64,000 nt of DNA, from contig JBLWTJ010000001.1 in the NCBI GenBank assembly GCA_048270185.1, positions 1,056,001 to 1,120,000 on the forward strand, in the 5' to 3' direction. This document shows positions 28,971 to 39,199 of the stretch, piece after piece. Source of the DNA: Bacteriovoracaceae bacterium. GTDB taxonomy: Bacteria > Bdellovibrionota > Bacteriovoracia > Bacteriovoracales > Bacteriovoracaceae. How positions within the stretch are numbered: the first letter of the stretch is position 1; every line of letters starts with the position of its first letter. A program made the translations under genes and the position numbers. The notes below the pieces were generated by a model. That model was given only the letters and a program-made list of their open reading frames with translations, was not told where the DNA came from and searched no databases.

Positions 28971-29606
28971 TTATGAAGCTTGTTCTTCTTTCTTAGCTTC
29001 AACTTCAGCATCAGCGTGAGTTTCAACAACCATTTCAGTTTCTTGAACCTCTGGCTCAACAACTACTTTTGGCATATGACATGAAACAACTGAAGCCGTT
29101 ACATCGTGTGCCCAAGTTAGACCGTGTGGAAGTGAGAACTTCTCAAATGTCCACGAGTCATCTAGCTCTAGCGTCGAAATGTCGAATTCTAGGAATTCTG
29201 GCATATCTTTTGGTAGACCTTCTACTTCTACTTCGTGGAAGTTAAAGTTTACTAGACCACCGGCCTTCGTACCTACTGCATCACCGATGAAGTGGATTGG
29301 TAGAGAAAGAACAACTTTCTCTTTCGCCGATACTTTTTGGAATGAGCAGTGAACAAAGTCTGTTCCTAGGTGACCTCTTTGAACGTCACTTAGAGTTACT
29401 AGATGCTTCTTACCTGCATATTCTACTTCGAAAACTTTACCTGAGTGGTGTAGGAATTTCGATAGTTCAATTCTTGGAACTTTAAAGTTCACTCCATCAA
29501 AACCTTTTCCAAAGATAACTCCTGGAATATATCCTTCGTTTCTCATCTTTGTTTTTGATGTTTCGATTTCTCTTGCTTCAACTCTTAAAATATCAGTTGT
29601 TGACAC
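28971..29606 (-). CDS. rplY: 50S ribosomal protein L25 / Ctc
   Basis: R..GYIPGVIFG, VQR, H..F, PIHF.G.A.G.K.GG; GTG start with AGGAGG. Confidence 0.9.
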   Translation of the reverse strand: MSTTDILRVEAREIETSKTKMRNEGYIPGVIFGKGFDGVNFKVPRIELSKFLHHSGKVFEVEYAGKKHLVTLSDVQRGHLGTDFVHCSFQKVSAKEKVVLSLPIHFIGDAVGTKAGGLVNFNFHEVEVEGLPKDMPEFLEFDISTLELDDSWTFEKFSLPHGLTWAHDVTASVVSCHMPKVVVEPEVQETEMVVETHADAEVEAKKEEQAS

Positions 29607-29646
29607 ATTTTCCTCCTGTGTTCCGTGGATTCGCTAGATACTTAGT

Positions 29647-29673
29647 TTATCGACTGTTCATAAAAAAATATTA
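29647..29673 (-). promoter_or_regulatory. Sigma-28-like promoter upstream of rplY
   Basis: TAATATTT-N11-GTCGATAA. Confidence 0.4.
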
Positions 29674-29716
29674 GATAAAACTTGAATAAAAACGAACAAT
29701 CTCCTATTTTTTTCTT

Positions 29717-30361
29717 ATGAAAACACAAGTACTGGACTCTTTTTATATACCTTCAAGTGATATCACTCCGACAAATGCCCAAAAAGTCATGATTCTCATG
29801 CACGGCCTCGGCGATAGCCTTGAGTCTTATAAAGTTCTGGCCCAAGAAATTAATGTCACAGGGCTTGCCTACCTACTTTTAAATGCTCCAAAGAAATACT
29901 ACTTTGGTTACAGTTGGTATGATCTTCCTCCCAATGATCCAAGTGTAGGCATTAAAGAAAATTCAAAAAAGTTAAATTCAATTATTGAAGAGATCGTATC
30001 ATCTAACGAGAATATTAATTACAGTGATATCTTTCTGGCCGGATTCTCTCAAGGAGGATGCATGACACTTGAGACGGCCTATCAACTAGAACATAAACTC
30101 GCAGGCCTTGTACTGATGTCTCCTCGAATCTATCCAGAGCACCTTCCAAGTGGCCAACTTTCTAATTGCTTAAAAGAGACGCCTATCTTTTGTGCCCATG
30201 GAAAACTCGATCCAGTTATTGATATTAACCAAACAAAGGCCGGTATCGCACACCTTCAATCAAAAGGTGCTAACGTCGACTTTTTTGAATATGAAATGGA
30301 ACATGAAATTGATATTGATGAAATAATTCAAATCCGAAACTGGCTTAACGAGTACTTGTAA
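29717..30361 (+). CDS. Phospholipase/carboxylesterase (alpha/beta hydrolase)
   Basis: HGLGD, GFSQG, HGKLDPV, MEH. Confidence 0.9.
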   Translation: MKTQVLDSFYIPSSDITPTNAQKVMILMHGLGDSLESYKVLAQEINVTGLAYLLLNAPKKYYFGYSWYDLPPNDPSVGIKENSKKLNSIIEEIVSSNENINYSDIFLAGFSQGGCMTLETAYQLEHKLAGLVLMSPRIYPEHLPSGQLSNCLKETPIFCAHGKLDPVIDINQTKAGIAHLQSKGANVDFFEYEMEHEIDIDEIIQIRNWLNEYL

Positions 30362-30450
30362 ATTCAAGCACTTGAATACTTGTATTCCCAAAGCCACCAT
30401 TATTAGGTAAGATAGACGAAAGATTAGATTAATAAAAAAGGACGTAAGAA

Positions 30451-30840
30451 ATGAGTGATAACCCATTTAATATACTTGGAAAAGAATCAACTCCAATCAA
30501 CCAATCAGAAGTTGTATCAGATGTTGATAAGAACAAAGAACTAAATGAGCAAATTGAATCAATCATTGGTTCAGCTGAGCTTGTACTTTTTATGAAAGGT
30601 ACTGCAGATATGCCAATGTGTGGTTTTTCTGCAAACACTGTAGCAATGCTAAACTCAATTGGAAAACCATATAAGACTTTTAATATCTTAGAAGATATGG
30701 ATATTCGTGAAGGCCTTAAGGCGTACTCGAATTGGCCAACTTACCCACAACTTTACTTTAAAGGTGAGTTAGTAGGTGGAAACGACATCATTACAGAGAT
30801 GTTCCAATCAGGTCAACTAGAAGAAGTTCTAAATTCTTAA
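30451..30840 (+). CDS. grxD: Monothiol glutaredoxin Grx4
   Basis: FMKGT..P.CGFS, WPTYPQLY..GE..GG.DI. Confidence 0.95.
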   Translation: MSDNPFNILGKESTPINQSEVVSDVDKNKELNEQIESIIGSAELVLFMKGTADMPMCGFSANTVAMLNSIGKPYKTFNILEDMDIREGLKAYSNWPTYPQLYFKGELVGGNDIITEMFQSGQLEEVLNS

Positions 30841-32307
30841 TTATTTTTTCTCATGAGCGGGCCTAGTTAATTCTGGGCCCATTGTGATTGAGAAAGTTGT
30901 ATGCTTTCTATCTTGTTCAAAGTTTAAAATCATTCCATTTTCAAAAGCTAGCTTCTTTGAAATACTAAGACCAAGACCAGTTCCACTACCTACATCCTTT
31001 GTCGTAAAGAATGGCGTAAAAATATCTTTTGCAATATCACCATTGATTCCATCACCGCCATCCTGAACGTAGACAACGTATTGATCAAGAATTGATTTCT
31101 CAACCCAAATTTTTATCCAACACTTCTCTAAGGTATCAAAGTGATTAACGGCCTGATATGAATTTTGTAAAAGATTGAGCATAATCTGATAGAACTCATT
31201 CTTCTTACATTCAATCTCACATTCTTGATAATTATTCTTATAATCGATATAAATTTCACGACCAGTCTGAGCTTGAAATAAACCTAGAGAATCGTGAATT
31301 AAATCATTAAGAGAGTGTCGTTCACATGTAATTGAATTAGAAGAACGAGAATAAATTTTTAAGCTATTGGCAATATTCTCAATACGATCAACCTGTTTAA
31401 TTATACTATCAAGCTTCTTCATATACGATGGATCATTATCCCTTAATTCACGATGAGCAAAGCGATCTTTGAGTTGCTCTGCTTGAATACGAATAATACA
31501 AAGTGGATTATTAATTTCATGGGCAATTCCGGCAGACATTTGCCCAAGAGATCTCCATCTTTCAAATTCCTCAAATTGTCGCTCTTGAAGTTTTAGAGTG
31601 ATACGATTTGTATGTTCTTGATGGATGTCACGAATTTGAACCATAAAGCGGCCAATGGAATGCATCGACATATAAGTGACACTCACACGACAGTAACGTC
31701 TCTTCTTGCGCTTATTTCGGTACAGAAGATGTGTAATTTTTAAAGCAACTCCATCTAGTCGCTTTGCTTGCTCGAATGTATTGAGAAAAAAGAGATAATC
31801 GTCATCATCAGTGACAAGCTCCGAAAAACTTTTACCGATTGAGTTTTCTTTTGAATTCTTATTAAAGTCGAGGATATCCAATTGCTCATTTAAAACAAAT
31901 AAATCGTCATCAGTGGCCGTATAGAAGTTTTTAAATAATGAGTTAATAAAATTTTCAGCACCCGCATTTAAGTTCTTCGCATAAACTTCAACAAAGGCCG
32001 GCCCCTTATGATTTTCTTTATAGCCAGGCTGAAGCCATACTTCCCAATTCTCTCTCTCCATTAGACGATTATGTGTGTCCATGAAGAAGTGAACAGTTTG
32101 TCCCTTCTTTGCTTTAAAAAATTCATTGGCCAAAAACTCATGCTTTTCAGGAGGGATAAGTTCAAACACAGATGTGCCTATAACCTCGCCATAACCGACA
32201 TAGAGGTCACTCATATAGGTAAATTTGCCATCAAAATCGACATGGCAGTAAAGAATATTCGAATTAAATAGCTCAGGTTTTAAGCTATTATTATCCGTTA
32301 TTTCCAC
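30841..32307 (-). CDS. Cytoplasmic PAS-like sensor histidine kinase
   Basis: AHEINNPL, NLLQNS, DGGDG, FTPFFTTK..G.GTGLGL. Confidence 0.9.
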   Translation of the reverse strand: MEITDNNSLKPELFNSNILYCHVDFDGKFTYMSDLYVGYGEVIGTSVFELIPPEKHEFLANEFFKAKKGQTVHFFMDTHNRLMERENWEVWLQPGYKENHKGPAFVEVYAKNLNAGAENFINSLFKNFYTATDDDLFVLNEQLDILDFNKNSKENSIGKSFSELVTDDDDYLFFLNTFEQAKRLDGVALKITHLLYRNKRKKRRYCRVSVTYMSMHSIGRFMVQIRDIHQEHTNRITLKLQERQFEEFERWRSLGQMSAGIAHEINNPLCIIRIQAEQLKDRFAHRELRDNDPSYMKKLDSIIKQVDRIENIANSLKIYSRSSNSITCERHSLNDLIHDSLGLFQAQTGREIYIDYKNNYQECEIECKKNEFYQIMLNLLQNSYQAVNHFDTLEKCWIKIWVEKSILDQYVVYVQDGGDGINGDIAKDIFTPFFTTKDVGSGTGLGLSISKKLAFENGMILNFEQDRKHTTFSITMGPELTRPAHEKK

Positions 32308-32419
32308 ATGGCGTCTCGTGTATTAACTAACTTTATATCAACTTCTTTAATTTACTTAAGTAAAGAAAACACCCTAAGCTTTAATTTCATGCAAAGGGTA
32401 TTTATCTATTAAAAAAATA

Positions 32420-33166
32420 TTACAGTGATGTTTCAGATACTGAAGATGTATCGTCGCCTGAAGAGCTACTCAAAGAGTCTTCAGATGATGACTTCTCATA
32501 AGTATCTGGAATTAGAGACCACTTTCCTCCCCCCTCAGAGCGGATAATATAACCATAGTCATGTAACTTTCTTCTTAGGTTATATAAGTGGACATCAACT
32601 GTCTTCGGGTGAACTGTTGTATCTCCCCATACATTATCGAGAATATCATCTCGGCTTACAATTCGATGTGGAGAATTGATAAATAGTCCGAGTAGTTGTT
32701 TTTGTTTGCTCGTTAGATGCTCTACTTCTTTTCCGTCAAGAAGCATTGACTTGTGAGCAATTGGTTGAACCATTCGTCTTGGACTTCCATTAAATACATT
32801 TTCAATTTTTACAATAAGCTCATTCTTCTTAAATGGCTTTGTTAAGTAATCTAGTGCTCCTTCCATAAAACAGAATCTCAGGGCATCGATATCATCAATA
32901 CTTGAAACAATGATAAATGGAATTACCATCAGTCTTCTATCCTTAGAATGATTTAAGTAAGTCATAAAATTACCGTCATCAAGCATAAGATCTGCAATAA
33001 TTAATGCAGGATTTTTTTGAGTTTCACTTAGTGACTTTTGGAATTCTTCAATAGAAGAAAAAAATCTTAAATTGTTGTAGCGATGAACAAGCGTTTGCTC
33101 ATACACAAAGCGGCATCCCTCATCATCCTCTAGAATCCAAATTTCCTTGTCTGTTGCCATTGTCAT
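32420..33166 (-). CDS. OmpR-family response regulator with Ser-rich tail
   Basis: LEDD, IADL, DYLTKPF; TVDVHLYNLRRKL. Confidence 0.9.
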   Translation of the reverse strand: MTMATDKEIWILEDDEGCRFVYEQTLVHRYNNLRFFSSIEEFQKSLSETQKNPALIIADLMLDDGNFMTYLNHSKDRRLMVIPFIIVSSIDDIDALRFCFMEGALDYLTKPFKKNELIVKIENVFNGSPRRMVQPIAHKSMLLDGKEVEHLTSKQKQLLGLFINSPHRIVSRDDILDNVWGDTTVHPKTVDVHLYNLRRKLHDYGYIIRSEGGGKWSLIPDTYEKSSSEDSLSSSSGDDTSSVSETSL

Positions 33167-33807
33167 AATTTTAACCTCACCGATAAATTGTTGCTGTTTT
33201 CGAGAATATCGTAGTCCCAGCCTTTGGCCACAAAGCTGTCTATGCCTACGAATCTTCTCAATGATTTTTCGTTTTCGTCACCTAAGTTTAAGATGGATTC
33301 TAAGTCCTGTCTTAAGTATTTGTTTAATTCTGACTTAAGAAAAATTAATTTTCTTAACTCGTCTTTAATTTCTAGGATGATATGAATTGAACTTTTTCCT
33401 TCATTCTTTGCTAAAGTTGAAAATAAATGGGCAAAAGAGAACAGTCCCTCACAAAGAGTATTTGCATCCTTATTAGAAATTGTCGTATCCCCATCGACTT
33501 GCCATGTGATGTCGGCAAAGTGTTTCTTTAAATAAATACGTGCTTGACCAAAAGCTCTTGCAACAATCTTGCTAATTTTTACTTCCGGTTCAAGAAAGTA
33601 AGGAGTTGATTGCTTCAGAAGTTCTAGATCATTTTGAAACTTCTCTAAGCCTTGATTGAGCTTCTTTACAAAAGGATTTTCTGGATCTTGTTCTTCTAGT
33701 AATTCATCAATACAAAAGCGTATAAGATGGATGTGACCAGAATAGTCGTGTGCCAAAACTCTAAGCGTTTCATTAAACGCTTCACCAGTGTTTATTTCAT
33801 TATTCAT
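33163..33807 (-). CDS. Degenerate histidine-kinase-like protein (possible phosphotransferase)
   Basis: LAHDYSGHI H-box-like helix; no recognisable N/G1/G2 boxes. Confidence 0.5.
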   Translation of the reverse strand: MNNEINTGEAFNETLRVLAHDYSGHIHLIRFCIDELLEEQDPENPFVKKLNQGLEKFQNDLELLKQSTPYFLEPEVKISKIVARAFGQARIYLKKHFADITWQVDGDTTISNKDANTLCEGLFSFAHLFSTLAKNEGKSSIHIILEIKDELRKLIFLKSELNKYLRQDLESILNLGDENEKSLRRFVGIDSFVAKGWDYDILENSNNLSVRLKL

Positions 33808-33971
33808 AAAACCTGCGCTGTTTGTTAACTTTTTTTATTTAGTACCAATAAAAACTAATTAGTGGAAGAGAAAAATGACTATTGCGTTAAGTGACTGAAA
33901 TTATAGGTATTAAAACCGGTATATTTTATAGAAAATTGGACAATGAGCGAAAGATATTCTAATTTCGGCCC

Positions 33972-34724
33972 ATGGAAAACAAGTTTTTAACAGGTGGGAC
34001 AGATAAGGTCTTTGCCAAAGAGATTGAGAAAATCTCAGATTTTAAGTTCAACCAAGATGTCGCTTCAGTATTTGACGACATGGTTTCTCGTAGTATTCCA
34101 AACTATCATGAAATTCATAAGATCATAATTGATCTTGTTAGGCGCGCCTATCGTGGTGGAACAATTTATGATTTTGGTTGTTCCACTGGAACCACAATGC
34201 TTCTAATTGCCGACTACCTACGTAAGAATGAAAAAGAGCTTCCAAAGTTTATTGGGATTGATACTTCAAAGCCTATGCTTGAAAAAGCAGCGCAAAAACT
34301 AAAGTCGCATAAACTTCTCGATCATGTAGAATTAATTAAAGACTCAATTACAGATATTAAAGTTGAGAATGCTGGTATGGCCATTATGAACTATACCCTT
34401 CAATTCCTACCTCTTGATCAACGCCTAGAGGTTTTAAAGAATATCAATAATGGACTAAATGATGGTGGCTACTTTGTACTGGCCGAGAAGATTATCTGCC
34501 AAGATGAAGAAATTGATGAGCTGCTCGTTGATCTCTATTACGACTTTAAAAGACGTAATGGATATAGTGAAATGGAGATTTCCCAAAAACGTGAAGCACT
34601 AGAAAATGTGTTAATACCTTTAACTCCAAAACAACAATTAGAAATGCTCAACGAAGCAGGATTTAAAAAGTCTGAAATGATTTTTAGATGGTACAACTTT
34701 GCTTGTTACCTTTGCATGAAGTAA
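33972..34724 (+). CDS. cmoA: Carboxy-S-adenosyl-L-methionine synthase
   Basis: VFDDMVSRSIPNY, YD.GCSTG, NYTLQF, FKRRNGYS..EISQKR.ALEN. Confidence 0.95.
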   Translation: MENKFLTGGTDKVFAKEIEKISDFKFNQDVASVFDDMVSRSIPNYHEIHKIIIDLVRRAYRGGTIYDFGCSTGTTMLLIADYLRKNEKELPKFIGIDTSKPMLEKAAQKLKSHKLLDHVELIKDSITDIKVENAGMAIMNYTLQFLPLDQRLEVLKNINNGLNDGGYFVLAEKIICQDEEIDELLVDLYYDFKRRNGYSEMEISQKREALENVLIPLTPKQQLEMLNEAGFKKSEMIFRWYNFACYLCMK

Positions 34725-34727
34725 TTA

Positions 34728-35660
34728 ATGATGAAAAACCTAGAATACTTAGAAACATATGGAAACCGTGTAGATCTTGAAGCTTTAAGACAATTAAAGC
34801 AGGAGAAATTACATATTTTCAGAACAAAGTATGAAAGAGAGTATAAGGAAATATTTGAAACAATTGATTCATTAGAGATCGATACAGATAAAACGACAGA
34901 AATAGCAAAGCAATTGATTCCATGGCGAAAGGGGCCATTTCAAGTTGGTTCACTTTCAATCGATGCGGAATGGCGCTCGGATAAAAAATGGCAAAGGCTA
35001 AAGGATCATCTCCCTGAGCTTAAAGATAAAATTGTTTTAGATGTTGGATGCAATAATGGTTACTACATGTTTGAAATGGCCAAAGAAAATCCAAAACTGG
35101 TTTTAGGGATTGACCCAGTTCTACATAACCAAGCTCAGTTTGATTTTATCAATCACTTTAAAAAGCACGATAATTTAAAATTTGAATTATTTGGAATAGA
35201 AGACTTACCAAACTTCAGATCATTCTTTGATGTCGTCTTTTCAATGGGTGTCCTCTATCATCACCGTCACCCTCTTGAGCAACTAATATCAATTAGAGAA
35301 TCCCTTGTTCCGGGTGGAACGATGATAATGGAAACGATTGGAATTCCAGGAGAAGAGACAATTTGTTTATTCCCTGAAGATCGCTATTCAAAAATGCGAA
35401 ACGTATGGTTTCTACCAACTCTTAGTTGTTTAAAAAATTGGATTAATCGTACAGGCTTTACTGACATCGAAGTAGTATCAAGTTCCACAACTAATTTTGA
35501 AGAGCAAAGGAAGACTCCTTGGTGTCCTCCCCCTCACCAATCTTTAGAAGACTTCCTAGATGAAAATGATAAAACAAAAACAGTTGAAGGCTATCCTGCT
35601 CCGGTACGTTTTTGTATTAAGGCGATTAAGAAGCCCAATTCCCCAATAAAGACATTCTAG
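34728..35660 (+). CDS. cmoB: tRNA U34 carboxymethyltransferase
   Basis: PWRKGPF, IDAEWRSD.KW, MGVLYH..HP, YSKMRNVWF.P, TVEGYPAP. Confidence 0.95.
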   Translation: MMKNLEYLETYGNRVDLEALRQLKQEKLHIFRTKYEREYKEIFETIDSLEIDTDKTTEIAKQLIPWRKGPFQVGSLSIDAEWRSDKKWQRLKDHLPELKDKIVLDVGCNNGYYMFEMAKENPKLVLGIDPVLHNQAQFDFINHFKKHDNLKFELFGIEDLPNFRSFFDVVFSMGVLYHHRHPLEQLISIRESLVPGGTMIMETIGIPGEETICLFPEDRYSKMRNVWFLPTLSCLKNWINRTGFTDIEVVSSSTTNFEEQRKTPWCPPPHQSLEDFLDENDKTKTVEGYPAPVRFCIKAIKKPNSPIKTF

Positions 35661-36040
35661 TGATTCAAAGAAGTAAGAAAATCATCTATTTAAGTTTTGG
35701 AATCGCCTTTGTACTAATGGCAATTATTGGTATTTTCTTGCCACTCATCCCGACTACTCCATTCTTGCTTCTAAGTGCTTATTGCTTTTCAAGAAGTAGT
35801 GAGAAGTATTATCAATGGTTATTGAATCATCGAATATTTGGACCAATTATCACGGATTGGAATAAGTATGGCGTGGTAAGTGTGAAATCAAAAATCATTG
35901 CTGTTTCGATGATTATTGCTCTCTTTAGTTACTCATTGATATATGTTGAAGTGGCACCAATAGTTAAAATTATCATTTCACTAATTGGCCTATCGGTTAT
36001 CACTTTTCTTTTAACTAGACCTTCCCATCGAAAATTATAA
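35660..36040 (+). CDS. YbaN / DUF454 membrane protein
   Basis: GIFLPLIPTTPFLLLSAYCFSRSS, WLLNH..FGP.I..W. Confidence 0.9.
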   Translation: MIQRSKKIIYLSFGIAFVLMAIIGIFLPLIPTTPFLLLSAYCFSRSSEKYYQWLLNHRIFGPIITDWNKYGVVSVKSKIIAVSMIIALFSYSLIYVEVAPIVKIIISLIGLSVITFLLTRPSHRKL

Positions 36041-36694
36041 TTTATACTTTTGACCTTTTTCAAAAACAAAACAGTCACCATGAACATGAATCTCATCTTC
36101 TGTAACAATTAAGCCACTACCATCTGGACAGGCATAGATTGGAAAGCGTGAAAGAATCGAATGACGTTTTAGCTCATCTTCATATCTCTTCGATTTTCGA
36201 TAATGAGGAAAGAATTCGAAATCGATGAGATTTAACGATTTAAAGTCGCGAACATTATCATCATTATCATCTCGATCCCAAGGAGGAAATGATGCTGTCA
36301 TAATATTGGGAGTCGTGATAATTGCACCAGCAGAAAGTCCAGTAAGAATTCCTCCTCGCTCAACATAACTCTTTAGTTCATCAAATATTCCACTACTTCT
36401 TAAATGTTTTAGGAAATAGAAAGTATTACCACCACCGAGATGGATAACATCACTTGAAAGAGCTTCTTCTTTTAGAGTTTTATCGAATTCGTGATCGACA
36501 GGAAAGTGTATGAAGCGCTTAAAACCTATTTTTTTATAGGCCATTATTAGATCTAAAAAATCAAGTTCAGACTCATATGAACTTGCAGGTATAAATGTTA
36601 TGCTTGGATTTTCGCTCTTGCACAAGCTAAAGACATGCTCGTCCATTTCAACATTGTCGCAGAAGTCGCCACCGCCATAAAGCCCAATTTTCAT
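36035..36694 (-). CDS. Peptidase S51 (dipeptidase E / cyanophycinase-like)
   Basis: FIP.AS, GGGNT, GLSAGA nucleophile, PHY. Confidence 0.85.
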   Translation of the reverse strand: MKIGLYGGGDFCDNVEMDEHVFSLCKSENPSITFIPASSYESELDFLDLIMAYKKIGFKRFIHFPVDHEFDKTLKEEALSSDVIHLGGGNTFYFLKHLRSSGIFDELKSYVERGGILTGLSAGAIITTPNIMTASFPPWDRDDNDDNVRDFKSLNLIDFEFFPHYRKSKRYEDELKRHSILSRFPIYACPDGSGLIVTEDEIHVHGDCFVFEKGQKYKL

Positions 36695-36697
36695 GTG

Positions 36698-38560
36698 TTA
36701 AATGCCTTCTCTATAATCTCTTACAATCTTTAAAAATTCACTAACGATTGGTTTAACAGGTTGGCGTTTATCTCTGTTAGTATTTCTAGAACCTTGTGAG
36801 CGTTCAATATTATCGGGATCGAAAGTTTGGTTTTCTCTAAACTCTTTCATCACACCAAACATGATCTGAGGATCAAATTTCTTAACCTTCTTCATTACTG
36901 TATCAACAATACGAGCAATACTATCTCCAGTCACTCGTTCAAATTTATTAATTATTGAAGATCGCATGAGTATTTCAAGAAGTATATCTTCTTTACTCTT
37001 CTTTGATTTCTTTGCAACCGTTTCTACTATTCTTAAGTAATTCTCTTGGAAAGAATCAATCTTTGATGCACGATACTGATTTATTTCAAGGTCACCTTTT
37101 GTTGCATAACTCGACTTAGCGATATTAATAAATTCATCTCTTGTAATAGTTTCACCGCGACTAAGAATAATTTGAGGATACTCTCTCAAAATATCTCTCA
37201 TACAGAAGATGGCATCCCAACAGATCCCATCGCTTACTTCATATAACCCAAAACTTGATTTGGCCTTCTCAAAGTAATAGAAGTCTTTTTGAAAATCTTC
37301 TATCATCTCTGACTTACGAGAAATAAGATAATCAATATATATAGGATCGATACCTATTTTAGTTAAAAGATTAATCTTCTTTTGATCTTCAAAAATTTGA
37401 TCAAAAATCTTAAGACTTTCATCTGAGCTAAACTCTCCAATGGACTTCTTCTTTCCACTAATTAAGAAATCAACAATCTGTACGAAAGTTTGAGCTATAT
37501 ATTTAGCCTTCTCTTTCTGCTCTTTAATTGTTGTGGAATACCTTTGAACATCATCAAAGCGATACTCATGGTGATATAGACCAAACTGGCGAATTGAGCC
37601 GTAATCGATGATCCCACCATTCATTAAGATATTATCACCGTCCCAATCTAGCCAACAGAAAATATAATCATCTTCAAAGTTAGCAGCAAGTCTTGCAAAG
37701 ACTTCAACTTGTTTCTTTAGAAAGAATTTATAACGTGACTTTGGAGTCTTTGGAACCTTATTCCAGTCACCATTCATCACTTGGCGATCAATATAATAAT
37801 TAACGATATTTTTAAGGGCCTCGTAATTTGATTGCTTAAGGTGATTAAACATATGAGACGGTCTAATGAGATTATTATTTGCCCTTACATTAATTGAAAT
37901 ATTATTTCCAAAATCAATGATGGCAAGACATCTCTCTGTTTCATAATTATTCTTCTTCATAATTTCAGAAAAGAAGAGCGTTGCTAAACCTTCGTCTAGC
38001 TCAGAGTAGCCACAGCCATAAGAGATTGTCGGATCTCCGGTCATAAAGTACTTATTTTGAATATGTGTTGCGGGAGATAGTTTTGTTGCACCTGTTCCCT
38101 GACTAGAAATATCCCAAACTTGTCCCTTGTGCTTAACTATTCCATTCCATATTGAGCGGCCGTCTCCAGAAGTCTTCCCCTGCTTATTAGGATGTTGTAA
38201 TTGAAGGTAGCGAGTGGCCATATACTTGTTTGGAAGAATATCTTCTTGTGGAAAGCTTATATTATTCTCAATATCATATTCATTGATAATAACAATTGAA
38301 AAAGTATCAAGGATTTGCTTGGATAATTCTGGCCCCACAACTTCTTCATGGTCTTCGGGAATGAGTCCCATTTCCTTTGCTAAATCAAAGTTAAAAAAGG
38401 CGACCTTCCCTCCATGTCGTCGTCTTGCTTGATACGTAATGAATGCATCTTTACATGACTTTTGAAGCGGATGCTTACCGTTTATTTGGCTAAATTTAGA
38501 ATAACTTAAGTTAGAATTTGTTTTAAGTTTTAAGGAACCCATTGCTAGATTATAGCTCAT
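36698..38560 (-). CDS. Divergent SelO/YdiU-family protein (AMPylase-like pseudokinase)
   Basis: SGDGR, GTG.T, RPSH, DGDNI, IDYG. Confidence 0.72.
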   Translation of the reverse strand: MSYNLAMGSLKLKTNSNLSYSKFSQINGKHPLQKSCKDAFITYQARRRHGGKVAFFNFDLAKEMGLIPEDHEEVVGPELSKQILDTFSIVIINEYDIENNISFPQEDILPNKYMATRYLQLQHPNKQGKTSGDGRSIWNGIVKHKGQVWDISSQGTGATKLSPATHIQNKYFMTGDPTISYGCGYSELDEGLATLFFSEIMKKNNYETERCLAIIDFGNNISINVRANNNLIRPSHMFNHLKQSNYEALKNIVNYYIDRQVMNGDWNKVPKTPKSRYKFFLKKQVEVFARLAANFEDDYIFCWLDWDGDNILMNGGIIDYGSIRQFGLYHHEYRFDDVQRYSTTIKEQKEKAKYIAQTFVQIVDFLISGKKKSIGEFSSDESLKIFDQIFEDQKKINLLTKIGIDPIYIDYLISRKSEMIEDFQKDFYYFEKAKSSFGLYEVSDGICWDAIFCMRDILREYPQIILSRGETITRDEFINIAKSSYATKGDLEINQYRASKIDSFQENYLRIVETVAKKSKKSKEDILLEILMRSSIINKFERVTGDSIARIVDTVMKKVKKFDPQIMFGVMKEFRENQTFDPDNIERSQGSRNTNRDKRQPVKPIVSEFLKIVRDYREGI

Positions 38561-38641
38561 TCAAATAGGCATTTTTTATGAAACGAAGATTTTGCTTTCA
38601 TTTTGGCGCAGTACTTGACTGCGCCATTCAGGTATATTCAA

Positions 38642-39199
38642 TTAAGGCTGAACATATGCCTTTTTAATGACAATATTTGAAGTTGGAAGGTTTTGAAATG
38701 GGCCATTTCGACCTGTTTTAGTCTTCTTAATTCTATTTACAACGGCCATACCGCTAATAACTTTTCCAAAAACAGCATAACCATATTGAGATGGTGTTGG
38801 GCCAGTATGGTCTAGGAAAGTATTATCTTTTACGTTGATAAAGAATTGAGAAGTCCCAGAGTCAATAACAGAAGTTCTTGCCATTGCAATTGTACCTTGA
38901 GCATTACTAATTCCGTTAGTCGCTTCGTTCTTAATTGGCTTTTCAGTTTTCTTCTTTTTAAGAGAAGTATCGTATCCCCCACCTTGGATCATAAAATCAT
39001 CAATCACACGGTGAAAAACTGTGTCATTATAAAAGCCAGAATTCACATAACTTAAAAAGTTCTTAACAGTAATAGGAGCTTTCTTATCGTAAAGCTTTAC
39101 TACGATATCACCGTAGTTTGTTTGAAGAACAACTTTGGTTTCAGCAAAAGTATAAAGACTGAAAATCAAAGCACATAATATCTTAATTTTTAATTTCAT
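38642..39199 (-). CDS. Periplasmic cyclophilin-type peptidyl-prolyl isomerase
   Basis: Signal peptide; FHRVI..FMIQGGG, IAMART, SQFFIN, GYAVFG. Confidence 0.95.
   Translation of the reverse strand: MKLKIKILCALIFSLYTFAETKVVLQTNYGDIVVKLYDKKAPITVKNFLSYVNSGFYNDTVFHRVIDDFMIQGGGYDTSLKKKKTEKPIKNEATNGISNAQGTIAMARTSVIDSGTSQFFINVKDNTFLDHTGPTPSQYGYAVFGKVISGMAVVNRIKKTKTGRNGPFQNLPTSNIVIKKAYVQP

Noticed and set aside
36695..36720. Selenocysteine read-through in the SelO-like gene
   Set aside because: Stop codon is TAA, not TGA
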